Assembly: GCA_963744145.1 (NCBI GenBank)
Contig: CAVUSO010000001.1
Coordinates: forward strand, 1,184,001-1,248,000
DNA: 64,000 nt
Source of the DNA: an uncultured cyanobacterium
GTDB taxonomy: Bacteria; Cyanobacteriota; Cyanobacteriia; Cyanobacteriales; CAWUOF01
Direction: 5' to 3'
The notes under the pieces were generated by a model that saw only the letters and a list, made by a program, of their open reading frames with translations, was not told the origin of the DNA and searched no databases. Positions 29,492-39,000 of the stretch are shown in pieces (within the stretch, counting starts at the first letter, position 1; each line of letters opens with the position of its first letter). The translations under genes and the position numbers were made by a program.

Positions 29492-32314
29492 CTATGAAGT
29501 CCATCCAATCGAACAGACAACCCGAAAACCGAAGATGTCGAAGCGGAGAGCCGGCCCAAAACCGTTGCGACACCCAGAACGACAATCCCGCGGATTAACG
29601 AACCACGAGCCACCACGCAGCAACCGATGGTCCGCAGTGTTTAAGCCAAGCGGATCATAGTCAAGCGAGCCACCACGCACCGACCGATTAGTTTGATTGT
29701 CCGCAGCGTTGGTTAATAAGTCAATGCTGTTTTGATAATGATTCTTATTCTTATCTTCATCCCAGACTGAACCATCTCTCGGCGCACCCTCATAATTGTC
29801 ATGCCAAGGATCTGCACACCACTCCCAGACATTTCCGTGCATATCGTACAGTCCAAAGGAGTTAGCCACGTTAAAAGTGCCTACTGGTGTAGTTTCACAA
29901 CGGTAAATCCCTTTTGGACCTTGACCGTAGGAACCTGAATCTTTATCATCTGTACCTCGATAATTTGCTAAATCTGTTGTAATAGTCTTGCCAAAGTGAA
30001 ATGGTGTAGTTGTACCAGCCCGACAAGTATATTCCCATTCTGCTTCGCTAGGTAAGCGATATTTTTTCCCTGTCTGTTTCGACAGTCTGGCACAGAATTC
30101 TACCACCTCATACCAGTTAACTTGCTCTACAGGTAGATTTTCTCCTGTAAACTTAGAGCAATCTGGCTCTAGCTTATAGCGAATTTTGGGCAGTTTTGTT
30201 GCCACAGCTTTCCACTGCGCTTGAGTAACAGGGTATTTCCCTATAAAAAAGTGTTCGACACTTACTTCATGTTGGGGTTTTTCATGGTCATAGCTTCCTT
30301 CTTCATTTTTAGCCGCACCCATCCGGAAATTACCACCAGGGATGTAAACCATATCGAGAGCGACACCTTCATCCAAATTTTCCCTAAAATATGATGCTTG
30401 CTTAGTTTTCCGTGCGATTTCTTTACCGCGTTTATCAACTGTTACTGTTTCAAAGGTAAAAGTTGGCAGTTTTCTTTCTTTCGGAACGGTTAAAAGTACC
30501 CCGTCAACCTTAAAATCATCCAGTTGTTTATAAATCTCTTGCGCCCCTTCCTGATAACCTCTTCCCTCACGCGCTAATCCTTGTGCAAACTTTAGCAATG
30601 GCTCAAATCCTTTTTCTACTAAAGGTTCAGCAAAAGTTGTAACCAAAGCAGCAGTTTTAATTTTTTCATCTAAAACCTTACCAACAAGTGCCTGTTGCAG
30701 CTTTTCGGCAATTTTTTTAGCAAGTTGAGTCGGTTCAGTATAACCAAGGGGAATCCAGTCAGGATGTTCACCACCCAAATCAATAGTTTCCTCTAATCCC
30801 TGGTGCAAGTAATAAAGGAAAGCTCCAGATAAATCGCGCAGTTGTTGTTCTCCAAAGCGGATCGTTAACGCTTTCAGCAATAAATGACGAACTGTGCTAT
30901 CCATCTGATATAAATTCCCACCGATCGACTCGCACAATGGAGAGAGCAAAAGACGGGGAACAGCAATCCAAGGTAAATTAGAGATAAAATTCTCTGACAA
31001 AAAATACAGCAAATGGGGAGTAACTGCCAAGGGAAAAGCCGCATAATAAGCTAAATTCAAATATTCAGGGAAATAATCGGCAAATTCAGATAATTTCTCG
31101 ATCGCTTCTTCATAATGGGGTTTTTCCCGATGTTGCTCTAAGACTTCATCTAATTTCTCCCAAGATTTATAATCAATTTCTAGCTCTAATGACGATTCAG
31201 TGAAATTTGTCTCAGTAATTGGTTGTCCTCGGAGCGATCGCAGTAATTCTTGCCATCCCAAAACACTAAAAGGAAACATGGGAACGCGATCGGCAATTTG
31301 GTGAGCAGTTGTGCCTAACCAATCCTCTTGGGGCCAAGGATTGAGCCAAACAATTTGATGAACAAACTTTTCTAATTGGGTGATAAAATTCTCAATTAAT
31401 TCGATTCTAGTCTTATTAATAATCGGAGTAGTAGCCGCAGCATCACTAAATATTAAAACTTGCGTCCGTATTGGGTGTAATTTGGGTAAAATTTCATCAA
31501 GGGAGAGTTTAGTTAATAATTTTGGATCAGTAAATAAAGCATCTCTCGGACTATTACGAAAATAGAATATATTTAATGATTTAAAAATCCCGCTCACCCT
31601 TGCAGTTTCCACCAGATACTCAGCAATTAAGTGAAAAGGAATCATCGAATTACTTTGGTCAATTAACAACAGTAATTCAACTTGATTGACTCGACTGGGA
31701 CGATAGACAATTTCCGCAATATTTTCTTGACAAATCCGCTTAACTGTGCTAGGAATATCTAATTCAATATCGCTTCCTGTGCGTAAATATTTCCTCAGAA
31801 AACACCAACCTCTTAATAATAGTGTTTTAGTTAAGGGTAAATATTCGTGATTGAAGATATATTGATCATGGGAAGGTTTCGGTTCTGATTTAGTCGGTGG
31901 AACAGCAACACCAACACCCACAAGCAGCTCTGAATTGTCTAGATTGGAAACATTCTGCTCAAGATTATTTACCCCATCCTTGCGATCGGGTAAATCTCCT
32001 CCTAACTTCTGATCAGGATTTAAGCGATCAAACCGTTCCTTTTCTCCCAAAACTTCCTGACTTTTTGGGATGAATTTAGGAGTTGATTTGACATCAAAAG
32101 CAGTTGCGATATTTTTTTGTTCTGCTAGAGTTTTTCCCCAAAGCTGCTGACAGAGTTTTTTCAGTTCAGAATAATCTTTAGGACGTAAAGATTCTATCTC
32201 CCACACTTTGTGCAAGAGTGCATAGTTTTCAAACTCTAAGAATAAGCCTAATTTCCTTAAGTTTTCCCTTAAGTCCAGAAAAAATTGCAGTAAAGATGTA
32301 TCATTATGAGTCAT
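29492..32314 (-). CDS. vWA-domain protein with C-terminal FGE-sulfatase (CLec-like) domain; probable DGR target
   Basis: MIDAS LLIDQSNSMIPF, IFSDA, WLNP.P..W; FRMG, YRLPSEAEWEY.CRAGT, GLYDMHGNVWEWC, RGGSW...CRS...GFRVVC. Confidence 0.9.
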   Translation of the reverse strand: MTHNDTSLLQFFLDLRENLRKLGLFLEFENYALLHKVWEIESLRPKDYSELKKLCQQLWGKTLAEQKNIATAFDVKSTPKFIPKSQEVLGEKERFDRLNPDQKLGGDLPDRKDGVNNLEQNVSNLDNSELLVGVGVAVPPTKSEPKPSHDQYIFNHEYLPLTKTLLLRGWCFLRKYLRTGSDIELDIPSTVKRICQENIAEIVYRPSRVNQVELLLLIDQSNSMIPFHLIAEYLVETARVSGIFKSLNIFYFRNSPRDALFTDPKLLTKLSLDEILPKLHPIRTQVLIFSDAAATTPIINKTRIELIENFITQLEKFVHQIVWLNPWPQEDWLGTTAHQIADRVPMFPFSVLGWQELLRSLRGQPITETNFTESSLELEIDYKSWEKLDEVLEQHREKPHYEEAIEKLSEFADYFPEYLNLAYYAAFPLAVTPHLLYFLSENFISNLPWIAVPRLLLSPLCESIGGNLYQMDSTVRHLLLKALTIRFGEQQLRDLSGAFLYYLHQGLEETIDLGGEHPDWIPLGYTEPTQLAKKIAEKLQQALVGKVLDEKIKTAALVTTFAEPLVEKGFEPLLKFAQGLAREGRGYQEGAQEIYKQLDDFKVDGVLLTVPKERKLPTFTFETVTVDKRGKEIARKTKQASYFRENLDEGVALDMVYIPGGNFRMGAAKNEEGSYDHEKPQHEVSVEHFFIGKYPVTQAQWKAVATKLPKIRYKLEPDCSKFTGENLPVEQVNWYEVVEFCARLSKQTGKKYRLPSEAEWEYTCRAGTTTPFHFGKTITTDLANYRGTDDKDSGSYGQGPKGIYRCETTPVGTFNVANSFGLYDMHGNVWEWCADPWHDNYEGAPRDGSVWDEDKNKNHYQNSIDLLTNAADNQTNRSVRGGSLDYDPLGLNTADHRLLRGGSWFVNPRDCRSGCRNGFGPALRFDIFGFRVVCSIGWTS

Positions 32315-33338
32315 TTTTCTTAGACTCCGTAGATTTATGATAGCGCTTTTGTTCTTCGCGAGTCTTTAATAACACTCCCAAATTTTCCTTAATTAATTTA
32401 GGAATATCTTGGATCGGTGTATCAAAAGTAATCACCTTAAAGAAATCTAAAAGTTCGCTTGTACTAGCTTTTTTACTTCCGCTCTTATCAGTTTTACCAC
32501 GCACATCTTGATAAGCAGCAATAATCGGTGAAATATCTATTTCCTGTTCGCCAAAATGGGCTTTAATAATTTTTTCTAATTGGGTTGCATCGGGCGATTC
32601 TAAATAGTAAAATAAACACCGTCTTAAAAAAGCATTAGGCAAAGGTTTTTCATCATTACTGGTAATAATAATCAGCGGAGAAGCAATTTTTTTAACTTCT
32701 TCACCTGTTTCCTCAATAAAAAAACGTTTTTCATCTAATTCTAACAGGAGATCATTAGGAAAATCTAGATCAGCCTTATCAATCTCATCAATCAAAACGA
32801 TCGCCGGAATCGGAGTTTTAAAGGCTTTTCCTAAAGCGCCAAATTTAATATAACCTAACTGGTTTTCATTTTGCAGACGGCTAATAGTTTTTTGGCGAAT
32901 TTCAGGAGATAAATATTCGCTTTGAGCTAGTTGAGTATCCCGCAAACGTCCAACCGCATCATAGGTATAAAGCCCATCTCTAGCACGACTAAGAGATTTT
33001 ATATACCAGGTATAAAAAGGCCACTCTTTATTGTTGATCCATTCTTGTGCCCATTCTTCATGCTCGAGTTTTTCCTTTGCAGTTTCGATAAGCTGTGGAT
33101 ATTTATGAGCAAATTCATAAGCGATCGCACTTGCTAATTGAGTTTTTCCAGTACCCGGTTCACCCATTAATAATAGAGGTCGATCAAGAGCGATCGCGAG
33201 TTTAACCATTCGTTTGAGATCATCACTAGGACAATAGGGAAGATCCTTAGCTCTAGGTGGTGGGTTGATATCACCTGTGTACTCTAGGTTAAAAGGGTTA
33301 ATATTATTATCCATCTGTTTTAAATGTAAGTCTGTCAT
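32304..33338 (-). CDS. MoxR-family AAA+ ATPase
   Basis: RPLLLMGEPGTGKT, LYTYDAVGRL, VLIDEIDKADLDFPNDLL, ITSN.EK.LP.AFLRRC. Confidence 0.93.
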   Translation of the reverse strand: MTDLHLKQMDNNINPFNLEYTGDINPPPRAKDLPYCPSDDLKRMVKLAIALDRPLLLMGEPGTGKTQLASAIAYEFAHKYPQLIETAKEKLEHEEWAQEWINNKEWPFYTWYIKSLSRARDGLYTYDAVGRLRDTQLAQSEYLSPEIRQKTISRLQNENQLGYIKFGALGKAFKTPIPAIVLIDEIDKADLDFPNDLLLELDEKRFFIEETGEEVKKIASPLIIITSNDEKPLPNAFLRRCLFYYLESPDATQLEKIIKAHFGEQEIDISPIIAAYQDVRGKTDKSGSKKASTSELLDFFKVITFDTPIQDIPKLIKENLGVLLKTREEQKRYHKSTESKKNDS

Positions 33339-33360
33339 AGTTCAATATAGTTCATTTAAG

Positions 33361-33473
33361 GGCGTTGCTTAATCAGGGTATGAAAATCCTGTAGGGGCGC
33401 ATGGCCATGCGCCCTGGGCGTATTGCCATACGCCCCTACAAATTATTTATTCATACCGTAAATCAGCAACGCC
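33361..33473. mobile_element. MITE with internal REP-like palindromes
   Basis: IRs GGCGTTGCT / AGCAACGCC; 8-bp duplication CATTTAAG (33353-33360, 33474-33481). Confidence 0.85.
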
Positions 33474-33507
33474 CATTTAAGAATATTTTGGAGATACGGG
33501 CAAATCA

Positions 33508-33595
33508 GGGCGAAGCATTCGGATATAATATTGCTGGTTTGAGCGTTCAATTGTCGCCCGAATGCTTCGCCCCTACACTTAACTGAATCGTATTG
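33508..33595. repeat. REP-like palindromic element (related copies at 53704-53800 and 60936-61006)
   Basis: GGGCGAAGCATTCGG ... CCGAATGCTTCGCCC arms. Confidence 0.8.
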
Positions 33596-33597
33596 TG

Positions 33598-34770
33598 TCA
33601 TAGTTCAAATTCTTTCTCAATATATGACCATCTACAACTAGATTTAGCACAAATTGCCTCAAACACATCTTCCGGAGTGCCATTCTTGCTCTTATTCCAT
33701 ATTTCCTGAAATAAGTTTTCGATTGGGTCATCATCAGGATGGTTTAACAATGTACTATACTGTTCTAACCAATGGCTTAAAACTGGACTCCAAGTAACCG
33801 TACTAGATTCATTATTTGTGCTAAATTTTTTGATAACTGGTAAACTAATAGGTATTTGAGAATGCCAGTTATCTAGATCATTACAAGAAGCCCAGTTAAT
33901 TTTCCATTTAGAAGCTTGAACTTGATTATCAGTTAAAAACATAAAAAGATAATTTTTTACTTTCGGATCAGTTGCAGAATAGGTACTGATTTTTTTGCTC
34001 AGAGGTTTCCAAAAATTTTCAATCAACTTATAAATTACATCCTGGTGGAAAGTATGGATATTAAGAATTTTGATCGCGACAGTTTGTGTTTTCCAGTATT
34101 CAAAAGTTTTATCTACATAATTTTCAGTTTTTCCTTCTGGTACACCCAGTTGTTTTGCTAATCGGTGCCAAACTTCATCAATATTAACCTCTTGTGAATG
34201 ATTAAAATGAACTTTAATCTGCTTAAGTGTAACATAATCCTTTGGAATATTATCCTCTAATAATCGATGTATTAACCAACGTTGACCATGCTTTGGCTCA
34301 CCTTGAATTAGAAAAGCACCTACTCTGGTGATCTGATTCGTGATCAAATTTCTGAAGGGGTCACATTGAGCTTCATAATTAAGTTTTAACAAAGCTTTTG
34401 CTAACCTATTAACATTCTGACTATTTATTGGATTTCTTGAAAAAGATTGTCCATTTGGTAATGTACGGTAATCTTCTCCTTCTTTAAGAGTCATGACATC
34501 TATTTGTAGACGTTGATGATAGGAATTTCCATATAGTTTAATTAATTCTTGGTGTAACTTATAAAATAATTTATCTAAGCTAGAGAAAGTTACAGGGTCT
34601 TTACCTTTTTGAATTTTTGCAAATAATTCTCTATCCAGTCCAGTCAGACTGCTAATCGCAGTATTAGTAACTTTTTCTTTATTAAATATAGGTTTTAACG
34701 CATTCGCAAGCTTTTGCTGTCCCTTTGGTTCTAATAAACATCGATGGTCAGAGCCTTTTTGAGTATACAT
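33598..34770 (-). CDS. HTH + inactive STAND (iSTAND-like) protein of a MoxR-vWA ternary system
   Basis: N-terminal Xre-like HTH (ISSLTGLDRELFAKI...LDKLF); LLKLNYEAQ...AFLIQGEPKHGQRWLIHRL degenerate P-loop; FW.PL; LFMFLTD; directly upstream of MoxR and vWA genes. Confidence 0.75.
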   Translation of the reverse strand: MYTQKGSDHRCLLEPKGQQKLANALKPIFNKEKVTNTAISSLTGLDRELFAKIQKGKDPVTFSSLDKLFYKLHQELIKLYGNSYHQRLQIDVMTLKEGEDYRTLPNGQSFSRNPINSQNVNRLAKALLKLNYEAQCDPFRNLITNQITRVGAFLIQGEPKHGQRWLIHRLLEDNIPKDYVTLKQIKVHFNHSQEVNIDEVWHRLAKQLGVPEGKTENYVDKTFEYWKTQTVAIKILNIHTFHQDVIYKLIENFWKPLSKKISTYSATDPKVKNYLFMFLTDNQVQASKWKINWASCNDLDNWHSQIPISLPVIKKFSTNNESSTVTWSPVLSHWLEQYSTLLNHPDDDPIENLFQEIWNKSKNGTPEDVFEAICAKSSCRWSYIEKEFEL

Positions 34771-35005
34771 TGAAAAAATTTGGATGTATGGGTGGATAGG
34801 ATTTCCTGATTAATTTTACATCATTTAGCTGAAAAGCTTACTGGCACTAGCTTAAAAAATTTTGCGGATGATCCGCAGAGACAGTTTTTCAACGTTTTAT
34901 TGTATTCAACATGGAAGCCACAGAACAAAGACTCCCTCATTATATATAGGAAAAGTCGCTGACGCAGTTTCCATAAAGATCCTTTATCAACGACCGATAC
35001 AAAGT

Positions 35006-35404
35006 ATGACCACTACTATAACTCAAAACGGAAAAAAAGCCCCAGTTTCTAGCTTAGAAACCGAATCTGCTGAAAATGAAACCTGGGATTGTGCGATCGC
35101 GATCCAAGTCCCAATCATCTTTTCCTGGATCTCTTTTATCGTTTCACTCTTTCAAGGGTGGAAGATCATTAAATCATTCAGTCAACTCTTTCGTGGGTCC
35201 TGTGTCTGGCCCGAATTTGGCACTTGGATCAATTCCCAGGGACGATTAGTATGGGATTTGAATATCTGGATTAAATCCTCAACAAATTATGAAAGTTTGC
35301 AATTGAATTATAGCGAGGTAAAACGGATAGCATTAGAAATGAAAAAGAAACTACATCAAGAGGCTGTAGTGATTGAAGTAAATAACGAGATCCACTTGCT
35401 TTAA
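35006..35404 (+). CDS. Hypothetical protein divergent from the ternary system (start 35006 inferred)
   Basis: Open frame ending GTW...GRLV...LHQEAVVIEVNNEIHLL. Confidence 0.55.
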   Translation: MTTTITQNGKKAPVSSLETESAENETWDCAIAIQVPIIFSWISFIVSLFQGWKIIKSFSQLFRGSCVWPEFGTWINSQGRLVWDLNIWIKSSTNYESLQLNYSEVKRIALEMKKKLHQEAVVIEVNNEIHLL

Positions 35405-35443
35405 GTAATTTGCGATCGGAACTTAAATCATCAATCAGACCTA

Positions 35444-35742
35444 ATACCAATTAACTATGAAATTGCACTTAATCTGAGGTTGATCTGTTAGGTCAGGGCA
35501 GGTTTATAATGGTGATCTGTTGGTGGCAAAATTGACTGGTGAACCTGCCCCTACCAATTTTATCCTCAATTTGCGGATTTCTGTAGTAGGGGCGGGTTCG
35601 CCCAGATTTTTGAAATTTACCAATTAATTAGAAAAACCCGCCCGGGTTCACCGAGATGTTTGACATTTACCTACTAATCATCAAAACCCACCCTCACCCA
35701 CAGATCAATATACATCAATGTATCTTCATGGTGAATTGGTAT
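35444..35742. mobile_element. MITE-like element filled with REP-like hairpins
   Basis: IRs ATACCAATTaACtATGAA / TTCATGGTGAATTGGTAT (2 mismatches); internal GGGC(A/G)GGTT...AACC(T/C)GCCC arms. Confidence 0.7.
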
Positions 35743-35805
35743 AACCCCCCAACCCCCTTCCCTACCAGGGAATGGGGAGTAATTAATAATAATTAATAAG
35801 CCAAA

Positions 35806-35943
35806 TTGGCTCTCCCGTACTGATGGTGATCAGTAAAAATTATTGAATTTCCAAATGCTTACTATATAAGCTTTTTCCCTGCTCCCTGTCCTCATCTCCC
35901 TGCCGAAAAACGGGATTTTCCACCACAAATACGGGAGAGCCAA
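35806..35943. mobile_element. Small MITE-like element
   Basis: Perfect 14-bp IRs TTGGCTCTCCCGTA / TACGGGAGAGCCAA; no clear target duplication. Confidence 0.6.
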
Positions 35944-36010
35944 AACGGTTTTTCCGTTGATGATGGGATTATCCCAATATTGGGCTATAATTTTTCCTGA
36001 ACTCCAAAAT

Positions 36011-39000
36011 TTATTTAACATCCAAATCTGTTACCCCATCCCAGTCTAGCGGAACTCCATACTTTAAATGTTGTTGACAGCGTTTCACATATAGCATCGC
36101 TGCCTGATCTTGAGGATTAGTGGCTAATATTCGCGTAAATATAGGTTGCGCCCCCACAAAATCTTGGCGATTATAAGCCATCACCGCGGCTTCAAACCTA
36201 CTCTTAGTTTGCGTCTTTAATTGATGAGATAATCCCTCTTCTGGATCATAGATTTCATAAATTGCCACCGCATTATTTTTCCCTTTCACTCGCACCCGAT
36301 CGAGAAATCTAAAACTATAATGCTGAATTTCTTCAATCCGAACTAAAGTATGTACACTGATTAAAATTCCCGCTCCATATAACTTGGTTAATCCTTCCAA
36401 TCGCGAAGCTAAATTCACCGCATCAGAAATTACTGTTGTCTCCATTCGTTCCGGTTCTCCAATGGTTCCTAACATTAAATTACCTGTATGTAAACCAATC
36501 CCAATCGCGATCGGCACTAATCCTTGTTGTTGTCGCTCTTGATTAAAAAGTGCGACTTTTTGCTGCATCGAAATTGCGGCTTGAACTGCACCATCTGCTG
36601 ACTGGGGAAATAAAGCCATAATCCCATCCCCAATATACTTATCAATAAAACCATCATGTTCTCTAATCACAGGACTAACTTGGCTTAAATAAGCATTAAT
36701 AAAATTAAAAATCTCTTGGGGTGTCATCCCTTCTGACAGATGAGTAAAGGAGAGAATATTAGCAAACATTACCGTCATTTCTTGCTGAATTTGGTTACCA
36801 ATTTGAACATCAATAATGCTGTCTTTTCCTAAAAAATTGAGGAAATCTCGTGGTACAAATCGTCCATAAGCTAAAGTGAGTTTAGCTAAATTCAAATGAG
36901 TTTTTATCCGCGCCAGCATTTCCTGTTTTTGAATCGGTTTAGTCAAATAATCATTGGCACCTAATGTAAATCCCTCTACAATATTTTCGGGTTGATTTTT
37001 GGCTGTTAAAATCACAATGGGCAGTTCATGAGCCGGAAAACGTTCACGAATTTTCTGACAAACTTCATAACCCGTCATCCGGGGCATCATCAGATCCAGT
37101 AAGATCAAATCTGGGATAAAACCATTTTCGATAATCGCTAAAGCTTCTGTGCCATTACAGGCTTCTGTCAGAGTATAATTGGCAAGAGAAAGGATATTGA
37201 TTAACACCTGACGATTAATCGGTTCATCATCAACGATTAAGATTTTAAATTGTTGGCTATCAGCCGCCAAATTAACAGCTTTTTGCCTAGGTGTTAAAGT
37301 AAGTAATTCCACAGTAAGGCTGTCTCGTAGTACCGTAATTGGTGGCGTTGATTTAACTTTTTCGGAGGCAATGGGTAAAGTAAAGGTAAACTTTGAGCCG
37401 ACCCCAATTTGAGACTGGAGCGTAATTGTCCCACCATGGATTTCCACCAGTTTTTTCGTTACAGCTAATCCTAATCCGGTGCCACCATATTCTCTCGCAG
37501 TGGAACCTTCTGCTTGTTCAAAGGATTGAAAAATCTGGTCAAACTTATCTTGGGCAATGCCAATACCTGTGTCAGAAATAGTCACAGATAGTAGCTCTTC
37601 TTGGTCAGAAGATATCACTTGTGCCGAAACTTCAATAGTACCGGACGGAGTGAATTTGATCGCATTACCAATTAAATTATGAAGAATTTGTTGTAAGCGA
37701 TTTTCATCAGCCAGAGCATTGGGTAAGTCTTCCGGAATTGCATTGATGAACTGGAGGTTTTTCTGTTGAGCTAAAGGTTGGCTGAGAGTGAGGACAATCT
37801 GGGTAATCGCTCTTAAATCGACGGGTGTTAATTTGAGTTCAAGATGGTGGTGTCTGAGTTTAGAAAAATCAAGAATATCGTTAATTAAACTGGCGAGACG
37901 GCGACCACTAGAGACAATTAATTGCAAGTTGGTTTGAGTGGTGGTTGGGAGTTCTCCTGTCGCACCATCAATTAATGATTCAGCAATACCAATAATCCCA
38001 TTCAGAGGAGTGCGGAGTTCGTGGGAAGTATTGGCGAGAAATTCATCTTTGAGTTGGTCGAGATGATATAGTTCTTGGTTTTTAGTCTCCAGTTTTTCAA
38101 ACGAATTCTTCAATTGTCCTCCCATGTGATTGAACGAATTTACTAGGGTATCCAGTTCCATAATGGGACTGGGTGGAATATCCTGATCCAGGTGACCTTG
38201 AGCCAGTTCATCAGATGCTTGGGAGACACGCAAAATGGGACTAATCACCCAACGAGCAGTGTAAATACCGATCGCGATCGCTAAACTCAGTACCCCTAAA
38301 CAGAGCCAAACTATGTTGGGAGTGTTAGCATAAATTTGGTCCATGAAGTCAGATTCAGGAATAATAATGACAATGAGCCAGTCTAGATTCAAGTTCTTAA
38401 AGGGTACGACTTGGATATATTGCTTCTGGTTATGTAAATTAAAGTCAATTTGTTGGACGGATTGAATCTGGTTGAGGTTGTGAAAGCGATCGCTCAAAAA
38501 CTGAGCCGTAGCTTTAATCGTAGGATTAGGACTATCAACTGCTGCCAGACGGGTAGTATTTTCTCCCGTACCCTTGAGGATAGATTCGGGTCCAGAAGTG
38601 GAAATCAGTTGTCCGGAGCGTTCCATAATAAACACCGTACCTGTGATCCCAATATTCAAACTTTGGAGAAACTTCGACATTTCTTGGGGCAAAAAGAACT
38701 CGCTCCCACAAACCCCAATCAAAGATTGATCGGTTAGGCTATAGACCGGTACACTGGAAGCGATCGAGGGCAATAAAGTCGAAAAATCAAGATATTCGCT
38801 CCAGACACTTTGCCCTGTTTCCTTTGCAGCTTTGTACCAAGGGCGAATGCGGGGATTGTAAGGCTTATAAGATAAAGTATCTACCTGCTGAGTCGGATTA
38901 CCTTGAGTATCTAAAGCAAAATATTGGTTGATCGATTTGGTGGATGGATTGCTAAATACGAGGGTCAATTTTGAGCGATCTTCTTTGGAAAACCTAGCAA

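Noticed and set aside
29400..29585. 61-aa minus-strand ORF over the VR and hairpin
   Set aside because: Alternative frame running into a pyrimidine tract; no recognisable motif
33401..33586. 61-aa ORF
   Set aside because: Lies wholly within MITE/REP sequence
35830..36021. 63-aa ORF after paralogue A
   Set aside because: Mostly within the IR-bounded element; no protein motif
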